The notes below the pieces were generated by a model. The model did no database searches. It saw nothing but the letters and a program-made list of their open reading frames with translations, and was not told where the DNA came from. Shown here one piece after another: positions 8,337-17,977 of a stretch of DNA of 64,000 bases; position 1 is the stretch's first letter, and every line of letters begins with the position of its first letter. Source of the DNA: a virus; the IMG/VR virus record IMGVR_UViG_3300048074_000120, positions 32,001 through 96,000 of that record. The stretch is one strand, 5' to 3'. The position numbers and the translations under genes are program-made.

Positions 8337-10103
8337 CTAACTGGAATGCTGTCTTGTTCCTAATCGCGTGGTCTCCAAGGGGAGTGCCCTCTGCACGCTG
8401 GCCGTAGCCGGGTAGCTTGATATCTTTACCACCCCCTGCCCTGAAGCCCCAACAGGTACTTCATCGAGGAAGGCACCTGACAGGTATTGAAATGACAGAG
8501 GAGTAAAGAGCTGTTCTGCAGAAGCGCCAGCAAGCTTACGCAAAGCGACGTCACTTTGTGACATCGAAGACTCCATCAAGTCTTGAGCGTGCGGTACAAA
8601 CTGCATGAGGTTTTCTCGATAGCCGTTGTAGGCTGCCCCAATCTTACGGAGTAGTTCCGAGGAATGGGAAGTACTTGGCTTTGAGGTCTTGGACGAAGAA
8701 CCGTCGATAATCACCACGCGATGCTCAATTATTGGCCCGAATGCAGAACGATCTGCCATCAACGGCGCCAGAATCTGCGCTAACGCGGGGCTAAAAGAAG
8801 CGGTGTCCATCGGTGTATCGGTTTTCTCGTCTGTCCTCGGGAATACCTGACCCATGGATTCTAACTGATCGGCTAAATCTCCCTTGCCGAGACTGATCAA
8901 CGTCACCCGTTGAAACTCCCGGGGACGCAGCACCATGCCTAGGCCTGCCGTCGTCGATAACGCCTGCGAAAGGCCAGAAGATCCAAGAAGACTTTGAATC
9001 TCCTCAGGCAAATCGGGCTCATGCTCAGTGAGAAGGGGGACGGCTTTACCAGCAAGCTGGTTTGGCACCACCTCCTTGTTCATGGCCTCCTTAGGCGCTG
9101 CCACCATCTCGGCCAAAGCCCGCACTCCCCTTTCGGTAAGCAGAGCTGCCGTCTTTTCCTGCACATAGTTAGGAACCCAGAGGCCTGTGTACTCCGAAAG
9201 CTTTTCGGCAAGCTCGGCTGAGCCAATACTGTAGACGCGGCCGTTGTCGGCAATCTTCAGCATGGCCTTGGCGATCTTGTCGGCGCCGATGAACACAAAG
9301 CTGATGTCGAAGAAGCCCGGAAAGTCGTTATCCACCCAGACTTTGCGCCCGTCGGGGAGGATGTGGTTCATCATCGTGCGCGCATACGTTGAATAGTCGT
9401 TGCGCGTAATGCTCAGCCCACGGATGCCAACGCCGTCCTTCTCTTTGAGCTTCTTGTGAAACTCGAGGATGGCTTCGCCCGGGCTCTTGTGCTTCCTTGG
9501 ATCGTAGGTCCCCCACGCCTTCAAGTACAACTCACGGTCTAGCGTGATGGAGCATGTGTCGAAAGGGACCTTAGTGCCCATGCTCACGTCGGGAAAATCC
9601 CCCGCCTTGAGCTTGTCCCAAATGCCTTCGCCCCCGTACTTGCGGCACAGCTGCTGGTCAAGACGCGTCACCAGCTCCACCCGCTTCATGTGGCTGTTCC
9701 ACGCAGCTAGCTCAACAAAACCTAACGCCCGGGTGGCGTCCTTGTTTCTATGGTGGGGAAATACATGAGCACGATAGAACGTCGGAAAGCCGTAGGCCCA
9801 CTTGGCCCCAAGGACCTTATCCACAGCAGGTATCCCCGTCCAGTTTGCCGGCTTATGTACTAACGCCGCCTCAGAGAAACGATCTCCATTGATGTTTGAA
9901 CCGTAGTACTCGCCGGCGCCCATCGCATTGACGAGTACATATTGTGAGTCATTCCGAGGTTGAAGCTGAGCAATGTAGCTTGCTACCTCCGGCAGCAAAT
10001 TTACCGAAGCAGTCTTCTCGAAATACGAGTCGGCGGCTCCAAACAGTGGAACCGCCGCAGGACCATACTCCTCGCTACCTTGGAATAAGCTGACCTTGAT
10101 CAC
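8337..10103 (-). CDS. prohead (capsid maturation) protease, HK97/assemblin-like fold
   Basis: NGD.F, HVFPHHRNKD (His), DVSMG..V..D.CSI (Ser), FFDISFV..GAD..A motifs; upstream of scaffold and MCP; GTG start. Confidence 0.85.
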   Translation of the reverse strand: MIKVSLFQGSEEYGPAAVPLFGAADSYFEKTASVNLLPEVASYIAQLQPRNDSQYVLVNAMGAGEYYGSNINGDRFSEAALVHKPANWTGIPAVDKVLGAKWAYGFPTFYRAHVFPHHRNKDATRALGFVELAAWNSHMKRVELVTRLDQQLCRKYGGEGIWDKLKAGDFPDVSMGTKVPFDTCSITLDRELYLKAWGTYDPRKHKSPGEAILEFHKKLKEKDGVGIRGLSITRNDYSTYARTMMNHILPDGRKVWVDNDFPGFFDISFVFIGADKIAKAMLKIADNGRVYSIGSAELAEKLSEYTGLWVPNYVQEKTAALLTERGVRALAEMVAAPKEAMNKEVVPNQLAGKAVPLLTEHEPDLPEEIQSLLGSSGLSQALSTTAGLGMVLRPREFQRVTLISLGKGDLADQLESMGQVFPRTDEKTDTPMDTASFSPALAQILAPLMADRSAFGPIIEHRVVIIDGSSSKTSKPSTSHSSELLRKIGAAYNGYRENLMQFVPHAQDLMESSMSQSDVALRKLAGASAEQLFTPLSFQYLSGAFLDEVPVGASGQGVVKISSYPATASVQRALPLETTRLGTRQHSS

Positions 10104-10127
10104 AGTAATACAATACCATCTAGGCGA

Positions 10128-10724
10128 TTACCCATAAGTATTGTCCGTCATCTCAGTGTTCTTCCAACCTTCTGTTTGCGGATCGAACTGATGCTTCACT
10201 TGACGCACCAAGTTCTTCTTGCCCTCAGACGGTTTCAACCCAGAGCCAAGAACTTGGCCAAATGCACTTTGAGCGGCGTCTGCGCCGGGGCCCTTGCGCG
10301 GTTGCTTGAGGTCACCCATGGCACGCACGCCCACCATGCCGCGACTCTCCTCGGGAGTCTCCATGGCATTGCGCATGTAAGCACCAGCCACCATTGGCTC
10401 CCGCGTAAAGTCGGGAGCAAAGGTGCGAAGTGAAGTAAACATACGATTGAACCCAGCCGGATCAGCCTGTTGGTGTGCCCGCAGGTCCGGGTTGGCTTCT
10501 AGCATTTGACGAAAGTCATGCGCCTTAGTGGCCGCCAAGTACATCTTCTCCGTAGCGCCTACTGCACCAGCAAAGCCTGCGGCACCAATGCCCGCACCCA
10601 CGGCGGCAACCGCGGCACCACCAACACGTCTTGCCGTAGGTGATGTCAGCGCTGACCGCATCCCTCCGAGATTGAGCCCCAACGCCTGCTTCGTGAGAAA
10701 AAACTCTTCAACGGGATTTGCCAT
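10128..10724 (-). CDS. glycine-zipper putative ejection/membrane protein
   Basis: N-terminal FFLTKQAL, then hydrophobic VGGAAVAAVGAGIGAAGFAGAVGA. Confidence 0.6.
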   Translation of the reverse strand: MANPVEEFFLTKQALGLNLGGMRSALTSPTARRVGGAAVAAVGAGIGAAGFAGAVGATEKMYLAATKAHDFRQMLEANPDLRAHQQADPAGFNRMFTSLRTFAPDFTREPMVAGAYMRNAMETPEESRGMVGVRAMGDLKQPRKGPGADAAQSAFGQVLGSGLKPSEGKKNLVRQVKHQFDPQTEGWKNTEMTDNTYG

Positions 10725-10726
10725 AG

Positions 10727-11989
10727 TTACTGCCCTGTCATGTTACGGTATCGACGATTTTGATACTCTGCGGTACCCGGCACGATTGACTTGACCGCCT
10801 GCAGGCTACCCTGCACTGCAGGGCGGTCGGTAACGTTCTGCAGGGCTGCGTTCCCCGCCAAACCGGCACCGGCCAAACCTAGGATCTTGGTTCCTTTCGC
10901 GAGCGCGGGAGCCACACGCTCAGCATCTTTGGCGCCAACCAAGACATGCGCCACAGGCTTTGCCGCCGCATCGATGCCGCGGCTAACCAACGAGAGGCCC
11001 TTTCTTGCTGCCCCAACAACACCCCCGGCCCCTTGCTTCAGCAGGGACTCCGTTGTGGAAGCGCCTTCCTCGAGCTCAGTCTGCAACGCCCGGATCGAAG
11101 CTAGCTTATTCAACGTCTCAACGAACTCGGCGTAGGTCTCTACAAGCGGGTGCTCAGTATTCACCTGACCACGCGAAGCGCGCTTTTCGAGCGACGCACC
11201 GATGGCATCTAACGACTCAAACAGTCGATCACGCTGAAAACGTGGAGCGAACACATCGAAGGCTACCTTCACGTACACAGGCTCGGTGGTGACCTCCGAC
11301 CATGCATTCACGATGTCGCCTAGGCTGGTCCCGTCAAGCGACGCTTGCTTCACCTGGCCATAAAGCCGATTGCAGACCTCAGCGTAATCGACCTCGAGAC
11401 TATCGATCTCGGCGCTGAGCGCATCGCGCGCGCCCGCCAACTTGTGCCGCAGATCCATGAGAGGACGCATCGGCTCGGCATAAGCCATGCCAACCTCGCG
11501 ACCCCCGCCCAACATCTCCCACAAGTGCTCTTCATACCTTGACGCGGTCTTGGGCGCTTCAACAGAGGCTGTCTTCTCCAATGAAGTTGTGCCACGCTCT
11601 GCACAAGCCCGCTTGGCCATCGATGGCGGCATTGAGTAGTCGAGCGTGCCACGGTCCCACAGGGAGCCGCCGCCTCCATCATTCAAGTCTTGAAGCACCT
11701 GCGAGGGAGACGCCGGTCCGCAATCAAAATGAATGACCTTGTGTCCGCTGGACTCTTTCCTAAATTCCTTCAGGTAGGCATCGCCGTTGGTGAACTCGAC
11801 CACGCGGCACACCTGCTCGGGGGAAAGCTGCTCGCCACGGATGGTATTCACGACCGCATCATTCAGCGAAGCGTACTTCCCCAGCGTCCAATCTTCGGCG
11901 GCCTTCTTCCCAAGAACCTCGAGGTGTTCACCGGAAACGGGTCGCGCGTCTCGTTGCTGAAGAACGGTCTGCAGGGGGGCGTCATTCAT
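10727..11989 (-). CDS. helical head-associated protein (K-x-A rich) with C-terminal Gly-rich hydrophobic segment
   Basis: Start moved to ATG 11989 (GGAGAAAGG RBS); about 10 K-x-A motifs; ILGLAGAGLAGNAAL near the C-terminus. Confidence 0.75.
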   Translation of the reverse strand: MNDAPLQTVLQQRDARPVSGEHLEVLGKKAAEDWTLGKYASLNDAVVNTIRGEQLSPEQVCRVVEFTNGDAYLKEFRKESSGHKVIHFDCGPASPSQVLQDLNDGGGGSLWDRGTLDYSMPPSMAKRACAERGTTSLEKTASVEAPKTASRYEEHLWEMLGGGREVGMAYAEPMRPLMDLRHKLAGARDALSAEIDSLEVDYAEVCNRLYGQVKQASLDGTSLGDIVNAWSEVTTEPVYVKVAFDVFAPRFQRDRLFESLDAIGASLEKRASRGQVNTEHPLVETYAEFVETLNKLASIRALQTELEEGASTTESLLKQGAGGVVGAARKGLSLVSRGIDAAAKPVAHVLVGAKDAERVAPALAKGTKILGLAGAGLAGNAALQNVTDRPAVQGSLQAVKSIVPGTAEYQNRRYRNMTGQ

Positions 11990-12053
11990 GGCACTTGCCT
12001 TTCTCCATTGCAACAATACATCGTCCCCTAGAAGTAACACGCCGGCCGGATCC

Positions 12054-12758
12054 ATGGGAAGGCAAGACACCAACCTCAGTCACACCAAAACGGCAGAGAT
12101 ACTGGGCATATCTCGTCGACACCTATGGAGATTGGTGAACCAAGGGTACATCTTCCCAGCGGAGACTTCATTCTATCGAAAGGAACCTCGCTACAACGAG
12201 GCTGAGGTTTACGCCTTGCTCGAGCTACGCATGCGACGGCTCGATATGCCATCGGTGGCGGCCATGGCGCTTCGAGCACAAGCGGCTAGCCGTACCGCCG
12301 GGGATCGGCTCGCCCAGATCTGTAACCTCCTAGGCATCAACGACACCAAGCTTGGCACCGATGAAGAGTCCATCTTCGACCTATACGTGAGGGTACGGGC
12401 GGCAACACGAGAGGACCATGGCACTTGGGAGACCGGCGCTGTCATGGAATGGGCTGCCACCCTGAACACCATCGACGAGGCCTACCTCGAACTGCTCGCC
12501 CATCACACGATGGGGGATAGCCCCTGGGAGTATTTCCTTCTGCTTGCCAACAAGGTCATGTTGCACCGTGGAACTGCCACTGATGCCAACCTAGACTTTG
12601 CTTTCTCCTGCATGGACGCAGCCCGCCGCAACCTTCGCTGTGTCGCTTACTTTTATGTGCTGCGTCGGCACGGGCATCGCATAGCAAACAAGACCTTTTC
12701 CAAGGATGAAGCGACCAACGCAGTCATCGCCCAACTGTATCCTCAGGCAATTGCCTAG
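12054..12758 (+). CDS. HTH DNA-binding protein (excisionase/MerR-like HTH plus helical domain)
   Basis: LSHTKTAEILGISRRHLWRLVNQGYI = HTH_17-like; start moved to 12054 to avoid overlapping the divergent gene. Confidence 0.75.
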   Translation: MGRQDTNLSHTKTAEILGISRRHLWRLVNQGYIFPAETSFYRKEPRYNEAEVYALLELRMRRLDMPSVAAMALRAQAASRTAGDRLAQICNLLGINDTKLGTDEESIFDLYVRVRAATREDHGTWETGAVMEWAATLNTIDEAYLELLAHHTMGDSPWEYFLLLANKVMLHRGTATDANLDFAFSCMDAARRNLRCVAYFYVLRRHGHRIANKTFSKDEATNAVIAQLYPQAIA

Positions 12759-13323
12759 TCTGTAAATGGGCCCAGCGCTTACCGCCGCAAATACGACTTA
12801 CCTGCATGGTCCCTACGCCAAATTTCACCGACAGTTGCTCTAACGTCCAGCCCTTGCCGCGTAACTTCAGTATTTGAAGTACATTCTTCTCAGTAAGCTT
12901 AGATCTGCCGTGAGCAGATCCTCTGGCCTTATTCGCACGACCCTTGCGCAGCATACCCTGCATGTTGTCTCGCTGTGTACCCAGGAACAGGTGCCTGACA
13001 CAACTTCGAACATCACACCTATGGAGCACCTGCATGCCCGTCGGCACCTCCCCATGCTTCATTTCCCAGGCTGCCCTGTGTACTGACACCTGGTTTCTTG
13101 AGTCCTGACGTTTCACCCTGGCATATCCATTACTTTCCAACTTCCCGGTCCACAGCCAACAGCAAGTCTTCATACCAGGGGCTATTGGTCCGTTCTTATT
13201 GACTCGTGCCCAGAATCTACTGGCAAAGTCTCCACGAAACTCCCTGGCGCAATCTCTAGAGCAGCACACGTTAGAAAGACTGGTTGGGCTGAACCTCACC
13301 CGGCAATTGGCACAAGCTCGCAT
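12724..13323 (-). CDS. free-standing HNH homing endonuclease
   Basis: FWARVNK, CWLWTG, VHRAAW, VLHRCDVRSCVRHLFLGTQRDN, C-terminal HTH, N-terminal CxxC...CxxxC. Confidence 0.9.
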   Translation of the reverse strand: MRACANCRVRFSPTSLSNVCCSRDCAREFRGDFASRFWARVNKNGPIAPGMKTCCWLWTGKLESNGYARVKRQDSRNQVSVHRAAWEMKHGEVPTGMQVLHRCDVRSCVRHLFLGTQRDNMQGMLRKGRANKARGSAHGRSKLTEKNVLQILKLRGKGWTLEQLSVKFGVGTMQVSRICGGKRWAHLQTRQLPEDTVGR

Positions 13324-13329
13324 AACCTC

Positions 13330-13357
13330 ATTCTAACGAGTATTACTTTGGTGTCAA
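13330..13357 (-). promoter_or_regulatory. sigma70-like promoter for the HNH gene
   Basis: TTGACA-N16-TAGAAT, 6 nt upstream of the ATG at 13323. Confidence 0.6.
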
Positions 13358-13366
13358 CCACTAAGG

Positions 13367-16249
13367 TTAGCCCTGGTAGGTTGGGCCCGAGTACGAGGAC
13401 CAGACACTACCCACAGCGTTGGCATCCTTGCTCGGAGCAATGACGTCAGGACGTGGCTTCGTTATCATGGAAGCTAGGAAACAATAGAGGATCGAATGGA
13501 AGGCATCATCAGTCTTGCCTGCCGTATGCCCGTATTGAATCATGCGAATCTTCTCGTTGTACTCACTGAAGATGTTCAGCATGTCCTGCCCGTAGGGGGC
13601 CTTGAATTCCTTCCAGCGAGGGAACTCGAGAACGGTGCCACGCTTGATGGAATTGAAGATGGCGCTCATCACTTCTGTGCGGTGGGTTATCCAGCGCTGT
13701 AGCTTGTTCTCCCAGCGGACCTTGGCTGACAGTCGAGCTGCGTACTGATAACGCATCACACGCTCACGCCCAAAGCGGCGAACCAAAAAATCGTTTGGGT
13801 AATGGCCACCACCATAGTCGGCGCCAATAATACGGACGTTGTACGCGCGCAGCACTTCTTCGATCTTCTGCAGCTGTCGCTCAGGCTCAGTGTCCTCACC
13901 GACAAAACGGTGAATGTAGAAAATCCGAAACTTACTCCCGATGTACGTGCCAAGACTCAGCACCGTGTAGCTATGCTCGCCCGTATTCCCTTGATAAGAA
14001 ATGCAACCATTGCGCTCAGTAACAATATACCCAGTAGGTACGGCACAACAGTAAACTCTGCCCTTGTACGGGACATGCGCGATCGAATTGGATGGGGTAT
14101 TGAACGAGTAATCCCCCGCCATAGACCACATAACTCTCCACCGTGGTTTTCTATTACCCTCAGCGGGCTTGTGCAAACGAACTACAGCGCGCAGCCCAAT
14201 ACGAATACAAAGCTCCTGGAAATCTTCGCAAAGACCCTTTGAGGTTGAGTAGAAAGCCCCTCCAGTGCAGCCTTCACGGGGATCGTCATAGCCATCCCCA
14301 TCTACCAGAGCCCGAAACAATACCCAAAGCTGCTCTGGCGCTAATTCCAAGAACTCCCGGGGTATACGCTTACTATCACAAGAAACTCCGATACTGTCTG
14401 CGTACCACTGCCAATACTGCTTTCCGTAAATTGTCCAATTCACATCACCAGTACTCGCGTTTGGGAACGTGCTGAACTGCACGCCCATCCGCTCCATGCA
14501 GCTTTGCATCTTCAGGTATGTCTCATAGTTGACAGTTTCGCGCTGAGACATTTTCAGACAGGATGGGCGCCCCTTGTCAAAGCACAGACCGCCCTCAGTA
14601 ATCAAATACCCGAGTAGTTCAAGCCAGTCATTCATTTTGAATGTAACGGCGTCAGAGCCCGAATACCCGGAGCTGACAGGTAAGCCTGGCAATACGAAAT
14701 TTTCCCTAAACTCACCAACCCAATTCAGAGCACCTACGAACTTTACGTTTCCGCCTCGATCTGCGAGTTGCCCAGCTGACTCAGTAACCCACTTCTCACC
14801 TTGTGAAGTCCCAACGCGCATGCGGTGAGTATGCGTCACCATCAAGTCCATCCCGCCCTTAGTTTTGAAATGCAGTAGAGGCTGGTCCCACTCTCGAACA
14901 GTCCTAGCCTTGGGTAGTACGAAGGTCATCTCTCGGCTGTCAGGATCCCACTGAGCTACCTTATCCGCATCCGTCAGATCCCTAAAATACTTGAAGCCAG
15001 TCCCTGTAAGTATCCTCGTCTCTTCGTCATGGCAGCCCCAGTCGATCCCAGCAAAGATCTCCTGACCAAAGCCAAGCGCCTGGTACTTGTGGGCGTCGGC
15101 CATGAACACATTCTCGTTGCAACACGCACGAATCTGAGCATTCGTCAGCGGGCGCAGCCCCGTGTCGTAGGAAATCCCAAGGACTTCGTTGTAGAACTTG
15201 TTTCGACCGTAGTGCTCGAAGTTGTAGAGAAGTTCATCCCAGTCGAGCCACGGCACCATGAGCTGAGGGATGCGGAACCCCTCAAAGGGCGTGTGCACTG
15301 GGTCGTACTCAACGGAGCATGCCCACTGGGCATCGTCCGTCATCGGGAAGATCTGTTTGCCGCACTTCTCACAGATGAGGTGGTGCAGCCCAATGTTCTT
15401 CTCGCCAAGAATGTTCCAGAACCTGCCTGCCTCACCGATGGTGCAGTCGCAAGGGACAACCCACTGGTTCTGCGTGGAGCGATTTGCCCAGTAGTCTTCA
15501 ATAACGTTGTCCAGCGTTAGCGGCGTGCCTGAGTAAACGTATCGCTTCAACTCCTCAGGCGAGTGGGATAGGCACTGCTCGATGACGGGGATGTTATCGG
15601 CAAGGATGTTCTGAATCTCGTCGATATCCAGCATGTGCGCGGGGACGCCGCGGGCACGGTCTGCATTCAAGAAGGCATTACGGAGGGTAATCTTCGACCG
15701 ATTGACGAACTGCTTTTCGAAGATGTTCTGCGAGAGCATGTGCGTTGTGAACGCGCGCAGCACCGGGCTTGTCTCGATGGGCTCCTTGATACGGTCATTC
15801 GAAAAGGTCTTCGTCTGCGTCGCCGACGGACTGACGTAAAGAACTTTGTAAGAAGGGATGAGGCAGCAGTAGCTCAACGAGCGGTTACCAAGCAGCGTGG
15901 ACTTCTCCACCTGGCGACCACACATAAGAAGGATTCTTCGAATCGGCGTGTCGTAGATTTGACGGAGGTGCCGACGGCCTTCGAACGAGAAGTTCTCATA
16001 CCCATCCGGCGTGGGCATGCGAAAGGCATACTCGGTAAACGCCGAGGGAAGTATCTGAGGCATGACGTCGTTTTCGACGTAAGGATCAAACTCATCCTCA
16101 AAGCAGTCCTGGTATTCCTCTGCCTCGGGAACCCAGTAACCCCCAAATTGTATTTTCTGTAGCTCCTCATCTGAAAGCGGTGTACCCTCAGCACCAGTAT
16201 CGTCTGGATGCTCAGAGATGTCTGACGGGTAAACCTCAACGGCGGCCAT
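13367..16249 (-). CDS. terL: terminase large subunit (lambda gpA-like) containing an intein
   Basis: GGAGG RBS; GRQVEKST Walker A, DIDEIQ Walker B, SGTP, CxC...CEKC, FYNEVLG, GIDWG nuclease motif; about 610 aa after splicing. Confidence 0.92.
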   Translation of the reverse strand: MAAVEVYPSDISEHPDDTGAEGTPLSDEELQKIQFGGYWVPEAEEYQDCFEDEFDPYVENDVMPQILPSAFTEYAFRMPTPDGYENFSFEGRRHLRQIYDTPIRRILLMCGRQVEKSTLLGNRSLSYCCLIPSYKVLYVSPSATQTKTFSNDRIKEPIETSPVLRAFTTHMLSQNIFEKQFVNRSKITLRNAFLNADRARGVPAHMLDIDEIQNILADNIPVIEQCLSHSPEELKRYVYSGTPLTLDNVIEDYWANRSTQNQWVVPCDCTIGEAGRFWNILGEKNIGLHHLICEKCGKQIFPMTDDAQWACSVEYDPVHTPFEGFRIPQLMVPWLDWDELLYNFEHYGRNKFYNEVLGISYDTGLRPLTNAQIRACCNENVFMADAHKYQALGFGQEIFAGIDWGCHDEETRILTGTGFKYFRDLTDADKVAQWDPDSREMTFVLPKARTVREWDQPLLHFKTKGGMDLMVTHTHRMRVGTSQGEKWVTESAGQLADRGGNVKFVGALNWVGEFRENFVLPGLPVSSGYSGSDAVTFKMNDWLELLGYLITEGGLCFDKGRPSCLKMSQRETVNYETYLKMQSCMERMGVQFSTFPNASTGDVNWTIYGKQYWQWYADSIGVSCDSKRIPREFLELAPEQLWVLFRALVDGDGYDDPREGCTGGAFYSTSKGLCEDFQELCIRIGLRAVVRLHKPAEGNRKPRWRVMWSMAGDYSFNTPSNSIAHVPYKGRVYCCAVPTGYIVTERNGCISYQGNTGEHSYTVLSLGTYIGSKFRIFYIHRFVGEDTEPERQLQKIEEVLRAYNVRIIGADYGGGHYPNDFLVRRFGRERVMRYQYAARLSAKVRWENKLQRWITHRTEVMSAIFNSIKRGTVLEFPRWKEFKAPYGQDMLNIFSEYNEKIRMIQYGHTAGKTDDAFHSILYCFLASMITKPRPDVIAPSKDANAVGSVWSSYSGPTYQG
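13985..15034 (-). mobile_element. intein with LAGLIDADG endonuclease in terL (350 aa)
   Basis: GIDWG|CHDEETRILT ... ERNGCISYQGN|TGEH; LLGYLITEGG and LFRALVDGDG motifs. Confidence 0.92.
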
Positions 16250-16295
16250 GTTTCCTCCAGAACCTACAAAGAACCCCCAAGTGCTGACTCAAAAC

Positions 16296-16646
16296 ATGTG
16301 GGGATCTCTCAAGCGAGCAGCAGATGGGCATTGGGGGGATGAAGCAACCGTAAACCCAGAGGGCCAAGGGTTCAAGATTACATTACGACTCTCGCAAAAG
16401 ATTGAACCCTCAATTTGGAAGATTGCCTCCAAATACATCCAAAGATACTCTCGAGCATCCCACTGGAAAGTATCGAGGCTGTCGCATCGACGTGGCTATA
16501 TCGAGCTGTACGCGGAGTATTCGCCACCCAAACCTAAGAAGAAGTGGGATGGGCGTAAGCGGCGTCGATTGCCTGGTCCAGTTGAGCAAAAAACTTCAGA
16601 ACAAAAGACTCCGGGTCCAGCTGCCGGGCAAACCCGCCAGCCTTGA
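16296..16646 (+). CDS. possible antisense hypothetical protein
   Basis: Fills a 285-nt gap that has no minus-strand ORF; no RBS; 3' end overlaps the opposite gene. Confidence 0.35.
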   Translation: MWGSLKRAADGHWGDEATVNPEGQGFKITLRLSQKIEPSIWKIASKYIQRYSRASHWKVSRLSHRRGYIELYAEYSPPKPKKKWDGRKRRRLPGPVEQKTSEQKTPGPAAGQTRQP

Positions 16647-16974
16647 AGTACCAACTGGTCATCTCCACGATGTACTGGGCCATGATGACAGGGAGCGTGG
16701 CCTTGAAGTAATGCTCTGCCACGGGGCTTAGTACTTGCGGGAATGCCCGCTGCCAACGCAGCAGATGCTCTTCAATCATCTTGAAACCATCCCCCACTTG
16801 CACGTACTGCTCCCGCGGCGGGAAGAAATGAATGATGATGTCGCCGTCTACGAAGGCGTACTCTGCAAGAAATGTGGTGTACTCCTCAACCTTGGTGAAC
16901 TTCACCGTGGCATCCAGCACATTGGCAACGGCCACAGGTATTCCACCTAGTTCTTCTTTAGTCACGGTCTGCAT
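16534..16974 (-). CDS. hypothetical protein
   Basis: Start moved to MQTVTKEE at 16974, overlapping the upstream gene end; protein-like composition. Confidence 0.65.
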   Translation of the reverse strand: MQTVTKEELGGIPVAVANVLDATVKFTKVEEYTTFLAEYAFVDGDIIIHFFPPREQYVQVGDGFKMIEEHLLRWQRAFPQVLSPVAEHYFKATLPVIMAQYIVEMTSWYFKAGGFARQLDPESFVLKFFAQLDQAIDAAYAHPTSS

Positions 16975-17977
16975 CGGCTGGATCCATCCCTTCGAATTCT
17001 GAGGCATCCACACCCTCAATCACATCTTCCTCATCAAGGTCATCCAAGATGTCTTCTTCGGGCTTGGGCTCAGGCTGTACGTTGATAGTATGGTTACCAG
17101 CAGTGAGCTGGCGCAAGGTAGGAACCACATTAGGCGTTGTAGCCACCGTGATTCGTTTCAGGTCTTCCCTCAAATTGGTCTCGGGATTGACCACGGCTTC
17201 CTTCAAACGGGACATCGTCTCGGCGACAGCGCCATATCCTTGAGAAATCTGTGCGCCGTTCTGACCGCCCATGATCGTGCCCTCTAGCGTCTTGAGCGTT
17301 GAGGTAATCATCGTGGCCTGGACGACGTTCTCCAGGTTGAGCCGCTTTGGCATCACGCCAAGGCCAAGCTGTGCGATGACAGAAGAGATGGGGGAAGCTG
17401 GCAGGCGAGCGGCGATTACCCGGGGGTCGTTGTGACGATTCTTGGATAGCGCAGGGAACTGCGTCATGTACTCGCTGCCCTCGGACCCATGATGAAAACC
17501 CCCGGTGTAGCGGAGTTCCAACAGCGAACGCAGCTGTGTGCTGTCGAGCAGGTCAATATTCCAATAGAAGAAACGATAGAGACGGATGGTGTCAGCATCC
17601 GCAACAAATCGATGGCGCACGCGAAGCGCATGCACCACTGCCTCGAAGGGGGCCTGTGCGATCAGAAGCGTCTCTACGAGTTCCCGCCAACGTGGTCGAC
17701 TAAGAATCCTGTTGGCCTTCTGCATTGACTTACCCGGGAGAAAGGCCTGCACCAAGTTCTCACGCAGCAGGTACTGGTACGACTTGATGTGTGACTGATC
17801 CTCTGGGTAGAAAGGCACCGGGGGACGCATCCGGTGCCTCAACCATTGGATGTACCAGTCTCCAAGGTAATCGAGGCCAAGCTCCATGGCCACATCTTGG
17901 ATGTGACCATCGGTGTAGCACTCGGGGTGAATGATCAGATACTTGAAGTAGTTCTCTGCGGGAGAGTGTCGGATCAT
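16958..17977 (-). CDS. hypothetical protein; terminase small subunit candidate by position
   Basis: 339 aa, helical, acidic tail, two genes upstream of terL; function assigned from synteny only. Confidence 0.6.
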   Translation of the reverse strand: MIRHSPAENYFKYLIIHPECYTDGHIQDVAMELGLDYLGDWYIQWLRHRMRPPVPFYPEDQSHIKSYQYLLRENLVQAFLPGKSMQKANRILSRPRWRELVETLLIAQAPFEAVVHALRVRHRFVADADTIRLYRFFYWNIDLLDSTQLRSLLELRYTGGFHHGSEGSEYMTQFPALSKNRHNDPRVIAARLPASPISSVIAQLGLGVMPKRLNLENVVQATMITSTLKTLEGTIMGGQNGAQISQGYGAVAETMSRLKEAVVNPETNLREDLKRITVATTPNVVPTLRQLTAGNHTINVQPEPKPEEDILDDLDEEDVIEGVDASEFEGMDPADADRD

